From the NCBI GenBank assembly GCA_016928415.1, contig JAFGKU010000048.1, positions 2,083-66,082 on the forward strand: a stretch of 64,000 bases of DNA, in the 5' to 3' direction. Position 1 is the first letter of the stretch, and each line of letters opens with the position of its first letter. Source of the stretch: Spirochaetales bacterium (GTDB lineage: Bacteria > Spirochaetota > Spirochaetia > SZUA-6 > JAFGRV01). The position numbers were made by a program, and so were the translations under genes. Of the stretch, positions 56,449-64,000 are shown one piece after another. The notes beneath the pieces were generated by a model, which ran no database searches, had not been told where the DNA came from, and saw only the letters and a list, made by a program, of their open reading frames with translations.

Positions 56449-58064
56449 TTCTCCAACCTGTTTTTCACGTCTTTTCCTTCTTTTATATCGCATTTTAGCA
56501 CATCTATCAAATAAAGTCCGGCCTGCAGCCCGCCCTTGAGGAACGCTTTCCAGAATATGCTTCCCACGACAATATCATTGCTGTTCCCGGAATACGCGGA
56601 TACGCCGCCGAGTAAGACAAAACGGTCCCATTCATCATGCAGGGTATGGCCATGCCAATTATGATTTTGTTCCTTATCTATACAAGGAAGGGGGAATATG
56701 GATATGCGTTTTATTTTTGATAACGATGCTGGTAAGGATTCTGATTCTGGTACGTGATAGGCCGGCATCTTTTTGAACGCATCCCGGTTTTCCGGCAGGT
56801 CCAGTTGAAAAGCGGTATAAGCACCGTTGCCGAAAATAAATTCCTCCGTCTCCCGGCAATCTCCCTTCAAGACTACCGTGACCGCGCCGATTGCCTTTTC
56901 GGCCATTTTTTCCGCTTCCTCTCTTGTATCGGCACAGGTGATGATATTGCCGCATTTTTCAACATTATTCGTCGGAAAGACGACGGTACTTCCCGGGTCT
57001 ACACGTAAAAAAGACGCCTTCACCCCTACTTTTTCCGTTACGGAATCGAATCCTTTTACTTCCTTTACAATCCCCGGGATGGAAATAAAGGCGCGTTCAC
57101 AACTCGTCCTTTTGTACAACGGGGTCAAGTCTCCGGGGGGGAGCCCCACCGCTATTTTCAGGGCCGCCCGGGTCACTTCGACACCCGAGGAATAGGGGAA
57201 GGTCCACCCCGACATGTACCCTCCCGACAGCCTGGCCGCTATCTCCCCTATTACGGGCCCATTGCCTGCTATTTTTATGTCACCCTTGGCTGCACCCATG
57301 TCTATCCCCAGGGCCTTCACACCTGCCATGAAGACGTCCGCCGCGCGCCGCACCGTATCCCCGGGGAGGGACGTGGGCATCGTATGCCCCAGTTCCACGA
57401 AATACGGTTCAAAATAAATATGCCTGTCGGCGATTCCGCAAAGGGTGATTTGCCCCCCGTACACAACGGCATCGATACTCAGTTCCGGACCGTCTATGTA
57501 TTGTTCTGCGATAACCCTGCCCGAACGGGATAATTCCAGGGCGGACTCAAAGGCTTTTCTCAATCCGTTTTCCGAATCGACACGGCGCACTCCCCTGGCG
57601 CCCATGTTGTCCACCGGTTTCACGACCAGCGGAAAACTCAGTGTTTCAAGGATGCGGGATAAATCCGACCCGGCGGTCAGGCATGCAAACGCCGGGCTGG
57701 CCACACCGTGCTCCCTGAAAGCCTGCCGCATTTTCACCTTGTCGGTGGCTTTCAGGGCCGTCTCATAGGGCACGCCGGGCAGATGAAGGGCTTCGGCTAT
57801 GTAACTGACGGACGTGGAAAAATCCGTCCCGGCCGTAAAGACGCCGTCCAGCCCGTAAAGGTCCCTGTATTTTTCAGCCATGGCCACCAGGCCGTCCAGG
57901 TCTTTCAAATCAACGTTTTCAAAGTGGTCGGCCGGTTTCCTTCCTTCCGCTTCCGGATTCCCGTCCGCAACAATGACCTTCCACCCCATGTCTTTGGCAA
58001 TGGTTATGGCGGGAACCTGCATGACACCCGCCCCAAGTATTAAAATGACCTTTTCTTCTTTCAT
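56424..58064 (-). CDS. ATP-grasp ligase (amide-forming, L-amino-acid-ligase-like)
   Basis: ILGAGVMQ, DKVKMR, PLVVKPVDNMGARGV, EQYIDGPELS and GEIAARLSGG. Confidence 0.85.
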   Translation of the reverse strand: MKEEKVILILGAGVMQVPAITIAKDMGWKVIVADGNPEAEGRKPADHFENVDLKDLDGLVAMAEKYRDLYGLDGVFTAGTDFSTSVSYIAEALHLPGVPYETALKATDKVKMRQAFREHGVASPAFACLTAGSDLSRILETLSFPLVVKPVDNMGARGVRRVDSENGLRKAFESALELSRSGRVIAEQYIDGPELSIDAVVYGGQITLCGIADRHIYFEPYFVELGHTMPTSLPGDTVRRAADVFMAGVKALGIDMGAAKGDIKIAGNGPVIGEIAARLSGGYMSGWTFPYSSGVEVTRAALKIAVGLPPGDLTPLYKRTSCERAFISIPGIVKEVKGFDSVTEKVGVKASFLRVDPGSTVVFPTNNVEKCGNIITCADTREEAEKMAEKAIGAVTVVLKGDCRETEEFIFGNGAYTAFQLDLPENRDAFKKMPAYHVPESESLPASLSKIKRISIFPLPCIDKEQNHNWHGHTLHDEWDRFVLLGGVSAYSGNSNDIVVGSIFWKAFLKGGLQAGLYLIDVLKCDIKEGKDVKNRLEKWEKSAAL

Positions 58065-59845
58065 GGTGTACCGTCCCCGGTTTTTCTCGCATAAACTTCG
58101 AACGTGTCCCCCAGCTGAAAAAAACGGCTGATATTGAGGAATAGTGCATAAAAAAAGGGATGGACGGGTTTCTCCGGCTTTATAAACGGGAACCGTTCCG
58201 GATGATGTCCCGTAACCCGGAAGTGTTCCACTTTAAACCCGTATTTGCCCAGAATTCTTCGGCAGTTTTTCTTGTTCCAGATTGTATAATGGTCGGAGGG
58301 ACTCTGTTCAAGGAAGCTTCTTTTGTTCCTGCGTGCCGATATTCCCTTCCCGTACGGTGTGGCAAAAGCGAAAATTCCCGAAGGGGGGACCAGGGTGCTC
58401 ACCGTTTTTAATACCCTTTCAAGCAGCTTGAAATGTTCAATAACATACCACATGGTCACAACCGAAACACCCTTGAATAAAGGGCTTCCCTCATCCGTAA
58501 ATTCTTCAAAATCAATGACATAAGCCCTGATTTTGAGTTCCTTATTTATATAATCGACAGCTGTTTTGGATATATCCAGCCCCAAAGCATCAAAACCACG
58601 GGAAACGGCGGCGGAAAGAAAGGGACCGTACGCGCAGCCGATATCAAGAAGTCTTTTCCCTGCCGGATTTTTTACGAGGTTTTCAATAATCCCAGTCCGC
58701 TGCATTGAAACAGCCTTGATGTTTTCAAAATCATCCAGGTAGGTTTTACCGTACTGCTTTTTATATTCTGAAAAAAAATAATCCTTCTCATACCGCACCG
58801 GCTTTAGTCCCAGGGGGAAAAGAAAGGTAATCCCGCAGGCCCGGCATCGAAAGTAGGTTTTTCCGGGAAACCGTGCCGTTACCTCGCTGCTCCCAACCCG
58901 GCAGACCGGGCATTGCGCGGAAGGAACGGGCGCGCCGGCGTCTAAAAATACGGACACGAATTCGTACAGGGACTTGTTATCCCTGTACAGCCTGTCATAC
59001 CTTTCTATAGAGCCCGATAGGATATTTTTATCCGCCAGGATCTTTTTAAACCGGGCGAGTGACGGTCTGAGTACCCCTATTTCCGGGAAGCCCGCTTTCC
59101 GGCTGAGCCGCCTGTGATACGGTGTGGGATTAAAAAGAATGAGAGGCACCCGGTAAAAGAGGGCTTCAAAACAGGTGAGTCCGAAATGGGTAAGGACCAG
59201 GTCATAATCAGGTAAAAGGGATGAAACGTCCGTGCAGTCACGTATCACCTTTAACCCTTCAGGCCATTTTACCTGTTTAAAACCGGGCCCCTGAACAATG
59301 GTTATTTCCTCCGGATCAAAAATGTCATGATCCATTATAAGTGCAAGAATTTTACCGGTAAGGCCGGCTGAATCTTCCCCCCCAAAAGTGACGAGAATTT
59401 TCACTGAGGGAAAGGTGATTTTTTTTTTGATCCTCGCAGGACGCGGTTCAAAGGGTGTATGCGGCAGGAAAATATTCGGCGGCAGCGGGGAAAGGGACGG
59501 CATGGTATCGATCAGAAACGGCATGAGCGCCCTGGAGTCGCCTCCCTCATCAATGCCGATGACAGGGCCCCCCCGCTCGGCGAGTTCGTGGTAAAATTCC
59601 CTGTCCGTCTCCCTGTGGTCCACGAGTATAAAATCAAACCGGGAACTGCGGTCCATTCCGGAAATTACCGTGAAGGATTCCGCGCCTCCCCATGCTTCCA
59701 ACCGCTTTACGGTGTCCGTATCTTTGATATACAAATAAGGACTTACCTTTTTCGAAGTGTTGAGGTGTTTGCCCAGCATCAACACGCGCTTGAGGTGGCC
59801 CGTGCCGTCCCCGGCTCCAGTCCGGGGAACAAAGAGAATGTTCAC
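58061..59845 (-). CDS. Fusion of a PseG/SpsG-like GT-B domain, a Zn ribbon and a class I SAM methyltransferase
   Basis: GDGTGHLKR and LVTFGGED (PseG-like); CPVC..CRAC; LLDIGCAYGPFL and VTMWYVIEH. Confidence 0.8.
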   Translation of the reverse strand: MNILFVPRTGAGDGTGHLKRVLMLGKHLNTSKKVSPYLYIKDTDTVKRLEAWGGAESFTVISGMDRSSRFDFILVDHRETDREFYHELAERGGPVIGIDEGGDSRALMPFLIDTMPSLSPLPPNIFLPHTPFEPRPARIKKKITFPSVKILVTFGGEDSAGLTGKILALIMDHDIFDPEEITIVQGPGFKQVKWPEGLKVIRDCTDVSSLLPDYDLVLTHFGLTCFEALFYRVPLILFNPTPYHRRLSRKAGFPEIGVLRPSLARFKKILADKNILSGSIERYDRLYRDNKSLYEFVSVFLDAGAPVPSAQCPVCRVGSSEVTARFPGKTYFRCRACGITFLFPLGLKPVRYEKDYFFSEYKKQYGKTYLDDFENIKAVSMQRTGIIENLVKNPAGKRLLDIGCAYGPFLSAAVSRGFDALGLDISKTAVDYINKELKIRAYVIDFEEFTDEGSPLFKGVSVVTMWYVIEHFKLLERVLKTVSTLVPPSGIFAFATPYGKGISARRNKRSFLEQSPSDHYTIWNKKNCRRILGKYGFKVEHFRVTGHHPERFPFIKPEKPVHPFFYALFLNISRFFQLGDTFEVYARKTGDGTP

Positions 59846-60526
59846 TTAAAAGACACCTCCTGTCTTTTCTATCAATGCGATAATCTCCGGAATGTCCAGC
59901 GGGGTGCCCTTGTACAACGCCCCGTATACGGAAAGCACCTGTCTATAATCCTTTTCAGTATCTACCGTCAATGATAATCCGGAGCAGGCATACCCCGGGG
60001 GCGCCGGGTCTTCTATGATAACAAATTTATCCCTGTTATTGTAGAGGTGAGTGGTGATGTGTTCCCTTTCATAAGGGTCAACGCTTGCCAGGTCCGCCTC
60101 GTCCAGTGCCTTACGGGTAATCACTTCAACACCCGTTCCCACGGGCAGACCGGTAAAATGGCTTAAATCGGCGTTTTTCCTGGAATGAAGATCCATGATG
60201 GCCGTGGTCATGGCAGGTGAGACCAGGGGATTGTCCCCCGTTGCCCGCACGATCAAATCGGCCCTGAAATGTTCGGCGGCAAGGGCGTATCGTTTGAGGA
60301 CATCATCCTTTGGTCCTATAAACACGGTAAATCCTTCGCAGGCGGCGGGGCCGGACAGGTCCGATGCACTTGCTTCATCGGTAAGAAGGGCATACACATC
60401 CGCATCCACCTTTTTCAGGGCGGACATGGCCTGGCCGATCAATGTCTTGTCCATTACAGGCAGCAGGGCTTTTCCCGGCAACCGTCGCGAGTCAAGCCTG
60501 GCAGCCAGAAAAATCGCCCTTATCAC
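59846..60526 (-). CDS. spsF: SpsF-like acylneuraminate cytidylyltransferase
   Basis: ARLDSRRLPGKAL, DDVLKRY, VRATGDNP, REHIT and LTVDT..D; GTG start overlaps the upstream TGA. Confidence 0.85.
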   Translation of the reverse strand: MIRAIFLAARLDSRRLPGKALLPVMDKTLIGQAMSALKKVDADVYALLTDEASASDLSGPAACEGFTVFIGPKDDVLKRYALAAEHFRADLIVRATGDNPLVSPAMTTAIMDLHSRKNADLSHFTGLPVGTGVEVITRKALDEADLASVDPYEREHITTHLYNNRDKFVIIEDPAPPGYACSGLSLTVDTEKDYRQVLSVYGALYKGTPLDIPEIIALIEKTGGVF

Positions 60527-61488
60527 TCCTTGACTTCCCAATTCTGAATCAGGGTCCTGGCATCCATTTTAAACTTGAACCGGTTTTTTACGACCCATTT
60601 CCTGATGGCAAAAAATTCCCGTGACGAATTTATAAAATCCGTGTCTGAATTGAGGCAATAAAGGAACAACCTCGTGAAAGGCAAAAAGGCCATCTGCCCG
60701 GAATATTTAATGAATATGTTTTTCAGGTAAAAGAGCTTGTAGCTGTTATCCGGCGTGGCGTCTTCGGAAGGGGTTTCCACGGTATATTCTATGTGAAACG
60801 CCGTGTTGAGCTGTATCTTTTCACCCCATAGATGACTTCTGAATCCGAAATCCATTTTTTGCCAGTAGGGATTCTTGAGATAAGGATCATAACCGCCAAT
60901 CCGGCAGAATTTTTCCTTGTCATAAATTCCGCAGTAATCAAAGGGATAAAGGGAATGCTCCTCGTTTTTCCTGGGTTCCCAGGGGACAACCTTTATTTTT
61001 TTCTTCATGTACCCGGGTATCATGATGCAGGGCACGGATTCCAGCCGTGTATTTTTAAGCACCGGGACGGTACATAACAGGGAATTTATCCGGGCGTGTT
61101 CCAGGAATGACGGGGAAAAACGGGGAGCCTTCAATGACATGTCGCTCCAGAGCACCAGGAAAGAAGGGCTGTTTGATTCCACGGCCCCCAGGTTTATTTT
61201 TTCACCTGCCGTGATTTCATTGTGAAGAAGTAAAAAACGGATATCCGGGTATTTCCGTGACAGGGGTTCAATATCATACGACAAAGCTGAATCTTCCAGG
61301 TAAATGATTTCTGTATCAGCCGGTTCCTTTATTTCCTTTAAAAGATTTTCCCGGTGGAACCGGCCGCCCCGGTTAAGTATAAGAAGAGTCAAAGAAGGGT
61401 ATTTGTCCGGGTTCTCCGGGCGCTTCTTGCCTCCTATGATCGTATACGGCACGGATATGTTGTTAGAAGTTATAGGTATAGTACTCAT
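60523..61488 (-). CDS. Glycosyltransferase family 2-like protein
   Basis: GEKINLG, VLWSD, YPFDYCGIY, GGYD and YWQKMDFGFR. Start MSTIP overlaps the end of the spiro-SPASM gene. Confidence 0.7.
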   Translation of the reverse strand: MSTIPITSNNISVPYTIIGGKKRPENPDKYPSLTLLILNRGGRFHRENLLKEIKEPADTEIIYLEDSALSYDIEPLSRKYPDIRFLLLHNEITAGEKINLGAVESNSPSFLVLWSDMSLKAPRFSPSFLEHARINSLLCTVPVLKNTRLESVPCIMIPGYMKKKIKVVPWEPRKNEEHSLYPFDYCGIYDKEKFCRIGGYDPYLKNPYWQKMDFGFRSHLWGEKIQLNTAFHIEYTVETPSEDATPDNSYKLFYLKNIFIKYSGQMAFLPFTRLFLYCLNSDTDFINSSREFFAIRKWVVKNRFKFKMDARTLIQNWEVKE

Positions 61489-62953
61489 CACACATTTTAC
61501 ATAAATCCGGATAGTCTTCCCTGAGATGACCCATGAACCAGTCCTCCCCCTTTGACCAGATGGATGCCAAATCATCCTTTAAAATGTTGCCCATCACATG
61601 CGTCTTTTTGATGTCTTCCCTGCACGGCAGCACCGTACCGTCCAGGAGAACGGTGACATCCCGGATCAGGTGCCAGCAGGGGATTCTCTTTAAAGGGGAG
61701 AGGTCGGTTACCTTCCTGTCGGGCAGGGCGCCGCAAAAGGAATCGTACTTCTGGATGATGATATTTTCCGTTATTTTTTTATGGTTTAAGTAAAAATGTT
61801 CAAGGTCGTCTTCATTATCTGTCATCCGTACCGCCTGCAGATAGACATTGTCGGGAAACAGCTCCAATAGAAGGTCCTTGGTCCTGTTCGCCTCCTCGAA
61901 CCCCTGACCGCGCAGGGCATTATAAACGTTCTGCGTCCAGGCATCGAGGCTTAAAATCCAGGAGGGGAACCTCTTTTCATTGCACGCTATGGCCGAAAGG
62001 GTGGATTCGTTCCAGCCCAGTCCGGAAGTTTCAATAATAAGGTCCAGCTTTTCCCGTTTCAGCACGGAGTGAATCATTTCCGCAATCCGGGAATGGGATG
62101 ACGGGTCACCCCAGAGTGAAAAACTGATAACCGCATCGTCGCAGAAATCCACTATTTTATCAAGGATGCCGTTGAAATCAGCCGGGGCCATTTCCCCCTT
62201 GAGCGAAGTGATATTTTCCGTAAAGGAGGGATAGGGACAATATGTGCAGGTCTGAGGGCACCTTTCCGCTATCTGGATATTGAAGAAAGCCGGCAGGCTT
62301 CGTAGCAATTCCCGCTTTGTCGTAATTACTTCCCTGATTGATTCGGCATCTTTCCCGCCGTTTTCCACGATCTTCTTGACGGTCAGATAATCCCTTTTAT
62401 TATGGCTGGCCAGGTTCAGCCGGAGAAGCCTTAAATCCTTGGGGGATATCTCGGTTTCAATATCAAAATTATTAATATCATGTTTAATGATTTCGAAAAG
62501 CGAATCCCTTTTTATCCGGGAATCCGTTTCGCCCATCAGCCTGATCAGCTGGTTGATGATTGCCGGTTTGAGAATCTCCGGGGTAATCCCGTACGGGTAC
62601 CCGTCGGCGAAAGTATAATCGGCAAAATACCTGTGATGGTTTTCGTACATTTTCCGGCTTAATTCAGGATCAAGCAGGGGGCAGTCCGCGTAAAAATAAA
62701 AAACCGTGTCATACCCGGAAGCAAGACGCTTGAAGGTCTCGAGCAAACCGCTTAAGGTCCAGTCTTCTTTTTCTTCCTTGTCGAAACCGTTTGAATCCTT
62801 TATGGTGGGTTTGCAGAGGAGAACGGCCTTTTGAACGTCCGGCAGCTTATTTACGTATTCCGAAACCAGGGCAAGGGAATTCCTGCCATCCTTGACCTCG
62901 GAAAAAACATAAGGGGACAATTGAACGCCATTGATAATTGCAATATTTTTCAT
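61463..62953 (-). CDS. Spiro-SPASM protein (cytidylyltransferase-like, radical SAM and SPASM domains)
   Basis: YADCPLLD and YTFADGYPYG; intact CxxxCxxC (CPQTCTYC); SPASM region PCWHL..LPCRED..GN..CKMC. Start MKNIA after AGGAAG. Confidence 0.9.
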   Translation of the reverse strand: MKNIAIINGVQLSPYVFSEVKDGRNSLALVSEYVNKLPDVQKAVLLCKPTIKDSNGFDKEEKEDWTLSGLLETFKRLASGYDTVFYFYADCPLLDPELSRKMYENHHRYFADYTFADGYPYGITPEILKPAIINQLIRLMGETDSRIKRDSLFEIIKHDINNFDIETEISPKDLRLLRLNLASHNKRDYLTVKKIVENGGKDAESIREVITTKRELLRSLPAFFNIQIAERCPQTCTYCPYPSFTENITSLKGEMAPADFNGILDKIVDFCDDAVISFSLWGDPSSHSRIAEMIHSVLKREKLDLIIETSGLGWNESTLSAIACNEKRFPSWILSLDAWTQNVYNALRGQGFEEANRTKDLLLELFPDNVYLQAVRMTDNEDDLEHFYLNHKKITENIIIQKYDSFCGALPDRKVTDLSPLKRIPCWHLIRDVTVLLDGTVLPCREDIKKTHVMGNILKDDLASIWSKGEDWFMGHLREDYPDLCKMCDEYYTYNF

Positions 62954-62984
62954 ACTTCCTATAATTATCGGACTTTCTTTATCT

Positions 62985-63013
62985 TTTATACAGAAAACGA
63001 AAAAAAAAATCAA
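62985..63013 (-). promoter_or_regulatory. Putative promoter of the spiro-SPASM operon with a T10 tract in the -35/spacer
   Basis: TTGATT-N17-TATAAA; the plus-strand A10 at 63000-63009 supplies two bases of the -35 and eight of the spacer. Confidence 0.4.
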
Positions 63014-63032
63014 TGCGTGGTTTTCGGAGGTA

Positions 63033-64000
63033 TCAATATAAATACAACTTCGACAGTTGCATAACCTTTTCTATGAACGAAGGTTCCTTTAATTCATTCC
63101 TCATCATCCGTTCAATGTCCCGAATTTTAAGATTACCCGGTTCACCCTTGAGGACCGGCCTGTCACCTTCCGCATCGAATACCATTGTCTCGGTCCTGTC
63201 CGCGGCGGGATTCCAGGATTTCCATACCGGCTGAAGGGAGTATCTATAATTGGGATTCCCCGTGGCTGCAAACACAGCAAGGTATTGCATGATAACACGG
63301 GATAAATTCTCCCGGGATTTCCTGTTTGCCCCGGTAAAAAGGTCACGGGTCAATAATATCCCCAGGATCGTATCGGTGCCGAGGAAAAAAGGAATTTCAA
63401 GTGTATGAAAGGCACCGAGTCGTTTGGTCCATTCCACGGGAAAAGGACCTTTCCCCCGTTCCGCACAACCCCAGTCGAATCGATAGACATATACCGACGG
63501 TGCGTCACGGGTGGATGTTATCCGGGTCGCCAATTCATCCGCACACCGGGCTTTCCACCTCAAGCTGCCGTACTTTGCCGCGAACGCATACAAATCGGTC
63601 TTCCAGTCCACCTGCGTGGTAAAATAGAGAAAAAGCTTTGTCTCATCGCGGTTTGTGCCCAGGATAAGCGGGACCTTGTTCGGCCATGCCCCGGTTTCAA
63701 ACACCTTTCCCCCTTCCTCAGGGAGGACATAACCGTCCGCAATAATGGCAGGGTTTTCCGTCATGCCGAGAAAGTCATGTTCCTGCACTTCCAGGAGCTG
63801 TTTCACCGATTTCGAATAAAGGTATTTCCTCAATTCCTCTTTCGACATTCCCGAAGCGGCCTTTTCAGCGGCGTTTCTATCGGGAGCAAGGCGGTCCCTG
63901 ACCAGCAACCTGGCAACCATTCCCTCGGCGAATGCCAAAGCTGTCTCCCTGGATACAGTTAAATCATAAGCGCTCTCCACGACGGCACGATGAAAGAGTC
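63033..64000 (-). CDS. Type-B carboxylesterase, 5' part outside the window
   Basis: LFHRAVVESA at the window edge, IADGYVLP, VPLILGTNRDE, VYVYRFDW, GAFHTLEIPF and FAATGNPN. Confidence 0.88.
   Translation of the reverse strand, partial: LFHRAVVESAYDLTVSRETALAFAEGMVARLLVRDRLAPDRNAAEKAASGMSKEELRKYLYSKSVKQLLEVQEHDFLGMTENPAIIADGYVLPEEGGKVFETGAWPNKVPLILGTNRDETKLFLYFTTQVDWKTDLYAFAAKYGSLRWKARCADELATRITSTRDAPSVYVYRFDWGCAERGKGPFPVEWTKRLGAFHTLEIPFFLGTDTILGILLTRDLFTGANRKSRENLSRVIMQYLAVFAATGNPNYRYSLQPVWKSWNPAADRTETMVFDAEGDRPVLKGEPGNLKIRDIERMMRNELKEPSFIEKVMQLSKLYLY

Noticed and set aside
62960-62995. Sigma28 promoter for the spiro-SPASM operon
   Set aside because: CCGATAAT is present, but there is no TAAA -35 at 15-16-bp spacing.
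1-64000. tRNA, rRNA, transposase, integrase or phage genes
   Set aside because: None were recognisable by eye; tRNAscan-SE and Infernal would be needed to exclude small RNAs formally.

Overview
A 64-kb chromosomal segment from a member of Spirochaetota, judged from the flaA sheath gene, a spiro-SPASM operon, a UPF0164 barrel, spirochaete-type lipoboxes and the rpsT-HU-lnt-cinA-rho block. The first 21 kb holds three giant envelope proteins. One is a >3,082-aa minus-strand gene missing from the ORF track because it runs off the left edge; it has a beta-propeller, Ig/FN3 repeats and then roughly 25 copies of an unfamiliar ~60-aa beta-rich 'LP' repeat. Transcribed divergently from it are a 1,907-aa Ig-repeat lipoprotein and an 1,800-aa Ig-repeat protein with a probable C-terminal beta-barrel, followed by a PilZ protein. 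Next come housekeeping genes (Rho carries an Asn-rich, prion-like insertion), a Zur-type regulator with znuACB, a CBM-GH16 glycosidase beside a LacI-fold sensor/His-kinase/REC/HD-GYP fusion, proA-ald, and a PP2C sensor/TPR/UPF0164 cluster. The window ends with flaA and a coupled operon (radical-SAM spiro-SPASM, GT-like protein, cytidylyltransferase, PseG-like/methyltransferase fusion, ATP-grasp, amidase, GerMN) that may build a tailored nonulosonate-type glycan. Small elements include an in-frame 36-bp hairpin repeat (x3), a MITE-like inverted repeat, operator palindromes and homopolymer tracts. I saw no rRNA, tRNA, CRISPR array or transposase. All product calls come from motif recognition, not database searches.
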